The notes: generated by a model from the letters alone, not told the origin. A stretch of DNA of 64,000 nucleotides from Raja brachyura (GCA_963514005.1 OY740783.1:6076001-6140000), one strand, 5' to 3'; positions 39,284 to 51,758 are shown, numbered from the stretch's first letter. Numbers and translations: made by a program.

Positions 39284-40843
39284 AATCATGCTCGACTAAT
39301 CTTCTGGAATTTTTTGAGGATGTAACTAGGAAAATGGACAAGGGAGAGCCAGTGGATGTAGTGTAGTTGGACATTCAGAATGCATTTGATAAGGTCCCAC
39401 ATAGGAGAATAGTGGGCAAAATTAGGGCACATGGTATTGGGGGTAGAGTGCTGAAATGGATAGAAAATTGGTTGGCAGACAGGAAACAAAGAGTAGGGAT
39501 TAATGGGTCCCTTTCAGAATGGCAGGCAGTGACTACTGGGGTACCGCAAGGCTCAGTGCTGGGACCGCAGCTATTTACAATATACATCAATGGTTTGGAT
39601 GAAGGGATTCAAAGTAACATTAGCAAATTTGCTGATGGCACATAGCTGGGTGGCAGTATGAACTGTGAGGAGGGTACTATGACAATGCAGGGTGCCTTGG
39701 ACAGGTTGTGGGAGTGGGCAGATGCATGGCAGATGAAGTTTAATGTGCATACATTTGAGGTTATCCACTTGGGTAGCAAAAACAGGGAGGCAGATTATTA
39801 TCTAAATGGTGTCAATTTCGGAAAAGGGGAAGTACAATGGGATCTGGGGATCCTTGTTCACGTCAATGAAAGTCAGCATTCAGGTACAGCAGGCAGTGAA
39901 GAAAACGAATGGCATGTTGGCCTTCATAACAAGATGAGTTGACTAGAAGAGCAAAGGGGTCCTTCTGCAGTTGTATAGGGCCCCAGTGAGACCACACCTG
40001 GAATATTTTTTGCAGTTTTGATCCCCTAATTTGGGGAAGGACATTCTTGCTATTGAGGGAGTGCAGCGTAGGTTTACAAGGTTAATTCCCGGGATGGCGG
40101 GACTGTCATATGCTGAGAGAATGGAGCAGCTGGGCTTGTATACTCTGGAGTTTAGAAGGATGAGAGGATATCTTATTGAAACATATAAGATTAGTATGGA
40201 TTTGGACACACCAGAGGCAGGAAACATGTTCCCAATGTTGGGGGAGTCCAGAACCAGGGGCCACAGTTTAAGAATAAGGGGTAAGCCATTTAGAACGGAG
40301 ACAAGGAAACAATTTTTCACACAGAGTTGGAATTCTCTGGCGGGCAGTGGAGGCAGGTTCGCTGGATACTTTCAAGAAAGAGTTAGATAGGGCTCCTACG
40401 GATAGTGGAGTCAGGGGATATGGGGAGAAGGCAGGAACGGGATATTGATTGGGGATGATCAGCCATGATCACATTGAATGGCAGTGCTGGCTCGAAGTAT
40501 AAACAGGTAAAATGCATGTCGCCTATGATCGTGGTGAATACAGAAAACAGACTAATATATTCACAGGTGCAGATATTTGTTGAATATTGGCTGTAACAGA
40601 AGGTTACGACCGAGTGGTGAATCTACGGAATTCTCTGCCACAGAAGGTAGTTGAGGCCAGTTCATTGGTTATATTTAAGAGGGAGTTAGATGTGGCCCTT
40701 GTGGCTAAAGGGATCAGGGGGTATGGAGAGAAGGCAGGTACAGCATACTGAGTTCGATGATTAGCCATGATCATATTGAATTGCGGTGCAGGCTCAAAGG
40801 GCCGAATGGCCTACTCCTGCACCTATTTTCTATGTTTCTATGC
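39284..40843 (+). mobile_element. HER1 RT/3' fragments, continuing 37448-37603
   Basis: AFDKVPH, PQGSVLGP and tails. Confidence 0.85.
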
Positions 40844-41164
40844 AATGATTGTAGCGAACATTATGCCGAATTAAACTGACCTCTCTGTCTTGATCCACAT
40901 CCTTGTACTCTCTGAACTTCCCTGTGCCTACATGGAGCCTCTTAAACACTGCTATCATATCCACCCACACCACCATCATACGTTCCAGGTCCGTACCACA
41001 CTCCGTGTAAAATCACATGCCTCGCCCATCTGCATTAAATGTTCCCCCTCCCACATTATAACTCTGTCCTCTCACGTTGGCCATTTCATCCTGGAAAATG
41101 ATTCTGATGGTCTGCCCTATCAATGCCTCTCATTATTTTATTTAATTCTATCAAGTCTCCCATG

Positions 41165-44100
41165 AAATCGGAAGTGTCTGTGATGTAGTTGAACAAAGGG
41201 GACTATGAAGGCATGAGAGGGGAGCTGGCCATGGTAGACTGGAAAGGGATCCTAGCAGGAATGATGGTGGAACAGCAATGGCAGGAATTTCTGGGCATAA
41301 TCCGGAAGACGCAGGAGGGGAGTAGGAGGCAACCGTGGCTGACGAGAAGTTAGGGATAGAATAAAACTAAAATAAAAGATGTATAACACAGCAAAGAGTA
41401 GCTGGAAGCCAGAGGATTTGGAAACTTTCATAGGACAACAGAAGGAAACAAAACGGGCAATACGGGCTGAAAAGATGAAGTACGAAGTACTGGAGGACAG
41501 AGGACCTAAGGGGGTAAAGGAACTGAAAGAAATTTTCAATAGGCGAGAAATAGTATTGGGTAGGCTAATGGGACTGAAGGATGATAAATCCCATGGACCT
41601 GATGGTTTGCATCCCAGGGTCCTCAGGGAGGTGGCTCGAGAAATAGTGGACGCATTGATGATCATTTTCCAATGTTCAATAGATTCAGGATCAGTTCCTG
41701 TGGATAGCTACTGTTATCCCACTTTTCAAGAAAGGAGTGAGAGAGAAAGCGGGGAATTATAGACTAGTTAGCCTGACTTCGGTGGTGGGAAAGATGCTGG
41801 AGTTAACTATTAAAGAGGTACTAATGGAGCATTTGGATAGCAGTACAATTATTAGTCCAAGTCAACATGGATATATGAAAGGGAAATCATGCTTGACTAA
41901 TCTTCTGGAATTTTTTGAGGATGTGACAAGTAAAATGAATGAAGGGGTGCAAGTGGATGTAGTGTATCTAGACTTTCAGAAAGTATTTGATAAGGTCCCG
42001 CACGGGAGACTGGTGACTAAAATTACAGCATATGGTATTGGGGGTAGGGTGTTGACATGAATAGAAAATTGGTTGGCAGACCGGAAGCAAAGAGTAGGAG
42101 TGAACGGGTCCTTTTCAGATTGGCAGGCAGTGGCGAGTGAGTGCCGCAAGGCTTGGTGTTGGGGCCGCAACTGGTTACCATTTATATTAATGATTTGTTA
42201 GTGGGAATTAGGAGCAACACTAGCAAGTTTGTAGATGACACAAAGCTGGGTGGCAGTGTGAACTGTGAAGAGGATGTTAGGAGGTTGCAGGGTGACCTGG
42301 ACAGGTTGTGTGAGTGGGCAGATGCGTGGCAGATGCAGTATCTATATTACTAAAATCTGATCTTGACCGCTTTTGGCTCGTTGTGCTGTGATTTCCGAGA
42401 GAACACCACCACCTGCGGCCGTCATTTTTGGCCCACTCGTTCAGAGCCCCCCTCCGCCTTCCTGGACCAGAGGATTTTTCCCATCGATGAAAATTCAGAG
42501 ATATATTAATGTTTTTTAAAAATTCCCCATTCTCTCTGCTGCCCCTGCTGGAGGGAGGGGGAGGGACTATGAAACCAGGAAGTGGTGTGCCTCAGTCTCT
42601 GAAAGATGGAGGAAGCCAGAGGTTCACGTCTCTCTGATCTCTGAATAGCACTGAACACATGTCTACTCAACTGTGAGTGCCCTTAATGAGGTTTGAAAAT
42701 GAAAATTTCATTGGTTTGAAGTAAAAGGGCACTGCCTGCAAATGGTTGTTTGGCTGCTTTGGGTTGAAGATAAAAGGCACTACTGTAAATGGTGGCTTGG
42801 GTGCTTTGGGTTGAAGTTAAAAGGCACTACTGCAAATGGTGGCTTGGGTGCTTTGGGTTGAAGTTAAAAGGCACTACTCACTGCAAATAGTGGTTTGGCT
42901 GCTTTGGGTTGAAGTTCAAAGGCACTACTTACAGCAAATGGTGGTTTGGCTGCTTTGGGTTGAGGCAAAAAGGCACTACTTACTGCAAATGGTGGTTTGG
43001 CTGTTTTGGGTTGAGGCAAAAAGGCACTACTTACTGCAAATGGTGGTTTGGCTGCTTTGGGTTGAGGCAAAAAGGCACTACTTACTGCAAATGGTGGTTT
43101 GGCTGCTTTGGTTCAGGTTAAAAGGCACTACTTTCTGCAAATGGTGGTTTGGCTGCTTTGGTTTGAAGTTAAAATGCACTACTTACTGTAAATGGTGGTT
43201 TGGCTGCTTTGGGTTGAAGATAGCAGGAAGATTGTTCCCGATGTTGGGGAGGTCCAGGACATGGGGTCACAGCTTAAGGATAAGGGGGAAATCCTTTAGG
43301 ACCGAGATGAGAAGGACTTTTTTCACACAGAGAGTGGTGGGTCTCTGGAACTCTCTGCCACAGAGGGTAGTTGAGGCCAGTTTGAGGCCAGTTCATTGAC
43401 TATATTTAAGAGGGAGTTAGATGTGGCCCTTGTGGCTAAGGGGATCAGAGGGTATGGAGAGAAGGCAGGTACAGGATACTGAGTTGGATGATCAGCCATG
43501 ATCATATTGAATGGCGGTGCAGGCTCGAAGGGCCGAATGGCCTACTCCTGCACCTAATTTCTATGTATCTATGTTTCTATGTTTCTATAGGCACGACTTG
43601 CTGCAAATGGTGGTTGGCTGCTTTGGGTTGAAGTTAAAAGGCACTACTTACTGCAAATAATGGTTTGGCTGCTTTGGGTAACTTCCTGTTTGCACTGTAT
43701 AATGATTTTAGATAAAACGCTACTACTTATGGCTGTGATTTTTGGCCATCTTACTCAGTCGCCCTCCGCTCAGCAGGTGCAGAGGATTCTTCCCATCAAT
43801 TAAAAATAAAAGTGGTATTACTGTTTAAAAAATGTTGAGAGTCTCTCTCCTGCCAATCACGCCATGAAGGCCACACCTTTTCCAGGGGGACCAGCCTTCC
43901 TGTGTGAACATGGGACCCAACGGGTCCCACTTAGTCTAGTAATATAGATAAATGTGAGGATATCCACTTTGGTGGCAAAAACAAGCGGGCAGATTATTAT
44001 CTAAATTGGGGTTAGGTTAGGTAAGGGGGAGGTGCAGCGAGACCTGGGTGTCCTTGTACACCGGTCACTGAAAGTTGGCTTACAGGTACAGCAGACAGTG

Positions 44101-44762
44101 AAGAAAGCTAATGGAATGTTGGCCTTCATAATAAGAAGATTTCAGTGTAGGAGTAAAGAGGTTCTTCTGCAGTTGCACAGGGCTCTGGTGAGACCACATC
44201 TGGAGTATTGTGTACAGTTTTGGTCTCCTAATTTGAAGAAGGACATCCTTGTGATTGAAGCAGTGCAGCGTAGGTTCACGAGATTGATCCCTGGGATGGC
44301 GGGACTGTCATATGTGGAAAGATTGAAAAGACTAGGCTTGTAGTTACTGGAGTTTAGAAGGATGAGGGAGTATCTTATAGAAACATAAAATTATCAAATG
44401 ACTGGACAAGCTAAATGCAGGAAAAATGTTCCCACTGTTGGGCGAGTCCAGAACCAGGGGCCACAGCCTTAGAATAAAGGGGAGGTCATTTAAGACTGAG
44501 GTGAGAAAAATTTATTTCACCCAGATAGTTGTGAATTTATGGAATTCCCTGCCACAGAAGGCAATGGAGGCCAAGTCGCTGGATGGATTTAAGAGAGAGT
44601 TAGAAAGAGCTCTATGGGCTAGTGGAGTCAAGGGATATGGGGAAAAGGCAAGCATGGGTTATTGATAGGGGACGATCAGCCATGATCACAATGAATGGTG
44701 GTGCTGGCTCGAAGGGCCGAATGGCCTCCTGCAATACCTTTTTTTCTGTGTTTCTGTTTCTA
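41165..44762 (+). mobile_element. HER1 ORF2 fragment split by a Helitron
   Basis: RT motifs continue across 42340|43940. Confidence 0.85.
42341..43939 (+). mobile_element. Non-autonomous Helitron with an internal 51-bp minisatellite and a nested HER1 tail (43222-43588)
   Basis: 5' TC, 3' CTAG, hairpin TGGGACCC-AAC-GGGTCCCA (43911-29). Inserted between A and T of host cagta|taatatag with no TSD. Confidence 0.88.
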
Positions 44763-44779
44763 ATGTTCTTCCAACTCTC

Positions 44780-46160
44780 GATACGTTCCTGTGTCCTGGA
44801 GGGTAGCCAATGTACCTCTACCTTTTAAGAAAGGAGGGATAGAGATAACAGGAAATTATAGACCAGTTAGCCTTAAATCGGTCGTGGTTTGCGTCGACTA
44901 TTAATGATGTTATTGCGGCCCATTTGGAAAGCAGTGACAGGATTGGTCAAAGTCAGCATGGATTTATGAAGGGGAAATCATGCTTAACTAATCTTCTGGA
45001 ATTTTTTGAGGATGTAACCAGTAGAATGGATAAGGGAGAGCCGGTGAATGTGGTGTATCTGGACTTTCGAAAAGCCTTTGACATGGTCCCACACAAGAGA
45101 TTGGTGGGCAAAATTAGATCACATGGTATTGGGGGTAGGGTACTGACATGGATAGAGAACTGGTTGGCAGACAGGAAGCAAAGAGTAGGAATTAACTGGT
45201 CCTTTTCAGAATGGCAGGCAGTGACTAATGGGATGCGGCAAGGCTCGGTGCTGGGACCCCAGTTATTTACAATATATATTAACGATTTAGATGAGGGGAA
45301 TTAAATGTGACATTTCCAAGATAGGTTTATGGATGACACAAAGCTGGGTGGCAGTGTGATCTGCGATGAGGATGCTATGAGGCTGCAAGGTGGCAATATA
45401 ATGTGGATACGTGAGGTTATCCACTTTGGTGGCAAGAACAGGAAGGCAGTTTATTATCCGAATGGTGTCAGATTTGGAAAAGGGGAGGTTGAGTGAGACC
45501 TGGGTGTGCTTCAGTCACTGAAAGTAAGCATGCAGGTACAGCAGGCAGTGAAGAAATCTAATGACAAAAATGCTGGAGAAACTCAGCGGGTGAGGCAGCA
45601 TCTATGGAGCAAAGGAAATGGGCAACGTTTCAGGTCGAAACCCTTCTTCAGACTGATGTGAGGGTGGGGGGGTGGTGGGGGGGGACTGGAAGAAGAAAAA
45701 CTTAATGGCAAATTGGCTTTCATTGCGAGAGGATTTGAGTTTAGGAGTAAGGAGGTCCTACTGGCAGTTGTACAGCCCCTGGTGACACCGCACTTGTAGT
45801 ATAGTGTGCAATTTCGGTCTCCTAATTTGAGGAAGGACATTATTGCTATTGAGGTAGTGCAGTGGACCATAACATCCATTAATTTCACCAGGTTTATTCC
45901 CGGCATGGCGGGACTGAGAGGCTCGATGCAGGAAAAATGTTCCCGCCCTTGGGGGAGACCAGAACCAAGGTCACAGTTTAAGAATAAGGGATAGGCCATG
46001 TAGGACTGAGATGAGGATAAAAAAATTCACCCAGAGAGTTGTGAATCTGTTGAATTTTCTGCCAGTGAAGGCATCAGAGGCCAATTCACTGGATCTTTTC
46101 AAGAGAGAGTTAGGTTTAGATCTCAGAACTAAAGGAATCATGGGATATTGGAAAAAGCAG
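44780..46160 (+). mobile_element. Degenerate HER1 RT fragment with a nested Penelope-type tail (45565-45655)
   Basis: QSQHGFMKGKSCLTNL, YLDFRKAFD. Confidence 0.8.
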
Positions 46161-46199
46161 GAACAGGATATGTTTCTCACATATGACGCTTCAAGTATC

Positions 46200-46920
46200 A
46201 AACATAGAAAATTAGAAATGTAGAAAATAGGTGCAGGAGGAGGCCATTCGACCCTTCGATCCAGCACCGCCATTCATTGTGATCATGGCTGATTGTCCCC
46301 AATCAATAACTCGTGCCTGCCTTCTCCGCATATCCCTTGACTCCACTAGCCGCTAGAGCTCTAGCTAACTCTCTCTTAAATCCATCCAGTGATTTGGCCT
46401 CCACTGCCCTCTGTGACAGGGAATTCTACAAATTCTACAACTCTCCGGGTGAAAACGTTTCAATCTCGTGAACCTACGCTGCACTGCCTCAATCACAAGG
46501 ATGTCCTTCCTGAAATTAGGGGACCAAAACTGTACACAATACTCCAGATGTTGTCATATCAGAGCCCTATACAATTGCTGTAGAACCTCTTTACTCCTGT
46601 ACTGAAATCATCTTGTTATGAAGGCCAACATTCCATTAGATTCCTTCACTGCCTGCTGTACCTGCACGCCAACTTTCAGTGACTGGTGTACAAGGTCACC
46701 CAGGTCTCTCTGTACCTCCCACTTACCTAACCTAAGCTCATTGAGATAATAATCTGCCCCCTTGTTTTTTCCGCTGAAGTGAATAACCTCACATGTGTCT
46801 ATATTGTACTGCATCTGCCACGCATCTCCCCACTCACTCGACCTGTCCAGGTCGCCCTGTAACCTCCTAACATCCTCTTCACAGTTCACACTGCCACCCA
46901 ACTTTGTGTCATCCGCTTTG
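46200..46920 (-). mobile_element. HER1 RT/3' fragment
   Basis: ADDTKLGGSVNCEED ORF and tail. Confidence 0.82.
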
Positions 46921-47415
46921 TGATTCCTCCATTGACCTCGTTTGCTCAAACATCCCTGCAAGTGGAGATTCAAGTGGGCAGCAAAATAATATTCTGAAGT
47001 GAATCCATAATTTAAAATCCCATCAATTTATTTGAATGAGAAATGAAGAAATAGACTCCTTCAGAGAATTCAGTTGATTCGCGCCAACTGCCAATATCTT
47101 TAAAACATCATCGCTGTTGAGAATGGTGTCTTCATTGCCTTGTTTGTGTTGCTCTAAAAATGGCTGGAAACAGAGATGAGCTGATTTAAATAAACGCTGA
47201 TTTCAACAGCCCCAGACCTAAGTTCGTTTACTGAAGGACAGAAACGGAGTCAATGTTTCCCGAGAGGTGCAAAACTGATAAAGTGAGAACGAAATGCAAA
47301 TCTCCCAACTGACTACTTCAGAGATATTTATTTTAAGTTGTCAACGTTCACTCGTAGAAAAAATAAACAAAGTTGAAGTGCATATGGATGATGGTAGTCA
47401 ATAATATTCCCTACA

Positions 47416-47574
47416 AAGGTACACAAAAGGCTGGAGAAACTCAGCGGGTGCAGCAGCATCTAAGGAGCGAAGGAGATATCTCCTTCGCTCCTTAGATGCT
47501 GCTGCACCCGCTGAGTTTCTCCAGCCTTTTGTGTACCTTCGATTCTCCAGCATCTGCAGTTCCTTCTTTAACAC
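47416..47574. repeat. Perfect 124-bp palindrome (47416-47539) of Penelope-type tail, flanked by a 16-bp near-perfect direct repeat
   Basis: Arms meet at GAT|ATC (47477/47478). AATATTCCCTACAAAG at 47403-18 versus AATACTCCCTACAAAG at 47575-90. Confidence 0.9.
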
Positions 47575-49069
47575 AATACTCCCTACAAAGCCAGGTTAAC
47601 TAAGAACATGTATCATATTTTCCAACAATGGCTGGGATCAATAGCATTCTCTGCATACATTTGAATGCCACACGTAACAAATTCATAGATGCACAGAAAA
47701 TACAATGATTAATTCCGATTCAAAGTCGTGGAAGAATAGTATGTTGGAACGCAGGAACATTGATTTGCCTGTCTGCACCTTAAATGTTCGACATTCCTCG
47801 TGTTTTCCTCACTCATCGGTTAATGACTATTTCTATCTATCTCCTCAGATAACACTAGTGGATTCTTCTTCAGATATCTCTATTAGACACCATTCGCCCA
47901 ACCAGTGCAGTTTGGATCATTGTAACACTGTCCAACAAATGTGTTCATTGATTCATTGTTTGGAACTTGTCTTCATTCAACTTTGCTCTATGGAATATCA
48001 ACACCACAGGAATCATCCCTAATGCCGATAATTTCTCCAATCACTCGACAGATCTACAATTCCACTCCTGCACCACAACATCCATTAATTTCCTTTGGAA
48101 CTCATGATGGCATTTTAATATAACGTTGTGTTTGCATTATTATCATTTCTCCCTACTGCCTTTTCTGTAACTAAACTCGAAATTGGAATGGACAGTCCCA
48201 ATATGATTCGATATTGACAACGAATGTGTAGGAAGGAACTGCAGGTGCTGGTTTAAATCGAAGGTAGACACAAAATGCTGGAGTAACTCAACGGTGACAG
48301 ACTGTATCTCTGGAGAAGTCTGAAGAAGGGTCTCGACCAGAAACGTCAAAATAAAGGGGAATAAATGTCTTAGAATAAAGGGGAGAAAAATACGTTTTCA
48401 CCCAGAGAGTAGTGAATTTATGGAATACTCTGCCACAGGGGGCAGTGGAGGCCAAATCACTGGATGGATTTAAGAGAGTGTTAGATAGAGCTCTGGGGGC
48501 TAGTGGAATCAAGGGATATGGGGAGAAGATAGGCACGGGTTATTGATAGCGGACGATCAGCCATGATCCCAATGAATGGCCGTGCTGGCTCGATGGGCCG
48601 AGTGGCCTCCTGCACCTATTTTCGATGTTTCTATGTCACTAGCATTCTGTGTCTACCTTTGAAAACAACAAAGGCCTGTCTGTCTGTGTCTGTCTGTGTC
48701 TGTCCGTCCGTCTGTCTGTCTGCCTCAAATATTGCTCACACACTCACATCTCTTTTCATTTTATTTCCATTTTGTTCAGCCTGAATCTATGGTTTTCATC
48801 CTTCAATTAATGTGGTCAACTGTCAATGCATAGGCTGTGCTTTTGCATCCTGGCATTTCGAAACCACTGAATACAGCGGTGCAATGAAACATAATCTCCC
48901 GAACTGTTGCCTTGTCGGTCTGTTTTAAATTAGACTGCGCTGAATCACATGGGAAGGTTTCAACCTCTGTTACCTCAAGTAACTATCTATCTATGAAACA
49001 TTTATTTTTTCCCAGTGGACTCAATATAGGTTTTGCGACGCATGGTCGTTTCTTGAGCCCATTACATTA

Positions 49070-50376
49070 CATAGAAACATAGAAAATAGCTGCAGGAGTA
49101 GGCCATTCGGCCCTTCGAGCCTGCGCGGCCATTCAATATGATCATAGCTGATCATTCAACTCAGTATCCTGTCCCTGTCTTCTCTCCATACCCCCTGATC
49201 CCTTTAGCCACAAGGGCCACACCTAACTCCCTCTTAAATATAGCCAATGAACTGGCCTCAACTACCTTCTCTGTGTGAAAAATGTTTCTCTCATCTCGGT
49301 CCAAAAAGATTTCCCCCTTATCCTTAAACTGTGACCCCTTGTTCTGGACTTCACCAACATCGGGAACAATCTTCCTGCATCTAGCCTGTCCAACCCCTTA
49401 AAAATTTTGTCAGTTTCTATAAGAATTTAGAAGATTGAGGGGGGATCTTATAGAAACTTACAACATTCTCAAGGGGTTGGACAGGCTAGATGCAGGAAGA
49501 TTGTTCCCGATGTTGGGGAAGTCCAGAACCAGGGGTCACAGTTTAAGGATAAGGGGGAACATTTTTAGGACCGAGATGAGAAAAACATTTTTCACACAGA
49601 GTGGTGAGTCTGTGGAATTCTCTGCCACAGAAGGTAGTTGAGGCCAGTTCATTTTTGGTTTTGGTTTCAGGGTTTTGGTGAGGCCACACCTGGAGTACTG
49701 CGTACAGTTTTGGTCTCCAAATCTGAGGAAAGGCATCCTTGCCATAGAGGGGGTACAGAGAAGATTCACCAGACTGATTCCTGGGATGTCAGGACTTTCA
49801 TATGAGGAAAGATTGGATAGACTCGGTTTGTACTCGATGGAATTTAGAAGATTGAGGGGGGATCTTATAGAAACCTACAAAATTCTTAAGGGGTTGGATA
49901 AGCTAGATGCTGGAAGATTGTTCCCGATGTTGGGGGAGTCCAGAACAAGGGGTCACAGTCTAAGGATAAGGGGGAATTCCTTTAGGACCGAAATGAGGAA
50001 AACATTCTTTACACAGAGAGTGGTGAGTCTCTGGAATTCTCTGCCACAGAAGGTAGTTGAGGCCAGTTCATTGGCTATATTTAAGAGGGCGTTAGATGTG
50101 GCACTTGTGGCTAAAGGGATCAGGGGGTATGGAGAGAAGGCAGGTACGGGATACTGAGTTGGATGATCAGCCATGATCACATTGAATGGCGGTGCAGGCT
50201 CGAAGGGCCGAATGGCCTACTCCTGCACCTATTTTCTATGTTTCTATGTTTCTATGGTATGGAGAGAAGGCAGGTACAGGATACTGAGTTGGATGATCAG
50301 CCATGATCATATTGAATGGTGGTGCAGGCTCGAAGGGCCGAATGGCCTACTCCTGCACCTGTGTTTCTATGTTTCA
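49070..50376 (+). mobile_element. Stack of HER1 3' fragments (one inverted at 49070-49425) directly upstream of the VH promoter
   Basis: Repeated RGDLIETYK...GEKAGTGY ORFs and (CTATGTTT)n tails. Confidence 0.88.
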
Positions 50377-50379
50377 ATG

Positions 50380-50556
50380 GGAGCCGTGTCTCAGCTCCGC
50401 CCGTTGCACCACTCGGTTTACAGGCCCCGCCCACAGCCACGCCCTCTGTTGCCGGGTATTTAATTCTCTCTAAGAGGGTCCGAAATCCATCTTCCTTGCA
50501 GTGGGTTTGTTGCGAGGTTCTGTACAGAAACAAACCGGGTCACACTTCCCAGCGGG
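50380..50556 (+). promoter_or_regulatory. Putative VH proximal promoter / 5'UTR
   Basis: GC-box-like CCCCGCCC/CCACGCCC and TATA-like TATTTAA (50457-63) about 100 bp before the ATG. No octamer; bounded upstream by HER1 tails. Confidence 0.5.
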
Positions 50557-50602
50557 ATGAGGTCGGCGGTTTCACTGAGTCTGTTCCTGGCGTTAATAGT
50601 CC
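50557..50602 (+). CDS. Ig heavy chain (IgM cluster) leader exon
   Basis: ATG at 50557 reads MRSAVSLSLFLALIV+c, then donor GTGAGT at 50603. Hydrophobic signal peptide of the elasmobranch VH leader type; phase 1. Confidence 0.93.
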
Positions 50603-50776
50603 GTGAGTAACGAGTTGGACAAAATCCTCACGCATGTTTCTCAGTGGTAGATCCCCAATGCCATTCCCCTTCTACCCACTCTTCAACCCTCCCAATGTCT
50701 TTCCTCTTGATAATTAGTGTCGGGGATTAATTGTCAGTATTTTATCCTCACCATTCATGCCTTTTATAACTTGCAG

Positions 50777-51080
50777 ATGTCCATTCCGATGTCGTTCTAA
50801 CTCAGCCCAAGACAGCGACGGCCCGTCCTGGAGGCTCCATTACACTGGAATGTAAAACCAGCGGGTTCACTCTTAGCAGCTACGCAATGTATTTGGTCCG
50901 TCAGGTCCCTGGGCAGGGGCTGGAGTGGCTGATTTCCTACAACAGTTATTATAGCAAGAACATCGCTCCGGGGATAGAGAGCCGATTTACTCCGTCCAAA
51001 GACAATTCGAATAATATGTTCACCGTGACCGCCAGGGACCTGAGGATCGAAGACACCGCTGTCTATTACTGTGCGAGAGA
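50777..51080 (+). CDS. IGHV: Ig heavy chain variable (VH) exon, open reading frame
   Basis: Acceptor ttgcag, then (H)[100 protein letters not shown]. Both Cys and the YYC motif are present; heptamer follows. Confidence 0.97.
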
Positions 51081-51119
51081 CACAGTGTGAGGATTCAGTG
51101 ACAAGAGCGGCACGTTGGG
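51081..51119 (+). promoter_or_regulatory. VH 3' recombination signal sequence, atypical
   Basis: Perfect heptamer CACAGTG at 51081-51087. At 23-bp spacing the sequence is CACGTTGGG (not a nonamer). Nonamer-like ACAAGAGCG lies at 51101-51109, giving a 13-bp spacer. Confidence 0.8.
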
Positions 51120-51427
51120 AAGTCCAGCTTTCACCATCAAAGACCAGAGGTGAGAATTTTTTTTCAACAGCTATAATAACAGTCGGAAAATGGAGCGCAA
51201 ACTACCGTTGGCAAATCCAACACGATATGTTGTTCCATTGTTTAAAAAGGGTTCAAAGAATAAACCTAGCAATTATTCAAAATGTAACCAGCGCATTGAA
51301 GTGAGATTGGTTTGTTCTTTCCTTCACTCATACCGACAGCGTTGTGTACAATCATAGACCTCGAATATATGCTGATTCCATTACGCAGTTGAGATGCAGG
51401 GAGATTGTTGGTGTTATGTCTACTATG

Positions 51428-51583
51428 TTCCAGTTCATTGGCTATATTTAAGCGGGAGTTAGATGTGGCCCTTGTGGCTAAGGGGATCAGAGGGTATGGA
51501 GAGAAGGCAGGTACGGGATACTGCGTTGGATGATCGAAGGGCCGAATGGCCTACTCCTACACCTATTTTCTATGTTTCTATGT
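51428..51583 (+). mobile_element. HER1 3' fragment inside the V-D interval
   Basis: ccagttcattggctatatttaag...cctattttctatgtttctatg. Confidence 0.85.
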
Positions 51584-51660
51584 TCTCTGTGAACTGCTGG
51601 GCCATTTAAAATCGTGTCGAAGGCCATTTCAAATGAAACCCAAGTGTGAACTGTATGGGA

Positions 51661-51688
51661 GGTTTTTGTGTGGGTCTGTCTCACTGTG
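51661..51688 (-). promoter_or_regulatory. Canonical 12-bp-spacer RSS 5' of the D segment
   Basis: Plus-strand GGTTTTTGT (51661-69), 12 nt spacer (gtgggtctgtct), CACTGTG (51682-88). Both motifs are perfect consensus. Confidence 0.95.
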
Positions 51689-51758
51689 TATGCGGTGGGT
51701 AGAATACTTACGGGTTTTGACTACTGGGGAGGAGGCACCATGTTGACCATAACCAACG
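51689..51758 (+). CDS. IGHJ: Fused D(-D)-JH segment
   Basis: Reads YAVGRILTGFDYWGGGTMLTITN+g, then donor GTAAG at 51759. FDYWGxGT J motif; no heptamer or nonamer between the D-like and J parts. Confidence 0.9.

Noticed and set aside
42710-43680. CRISPR-like array
   Set aside because: Head-to-tail minisatellite with no unique spacers, in a vertebrate genome.
51308-51362. Possible extra degenerate D segment between V and DJ
   Set aside because: Heptamers and nonamers are poor and the spacers are not 12 or 23.
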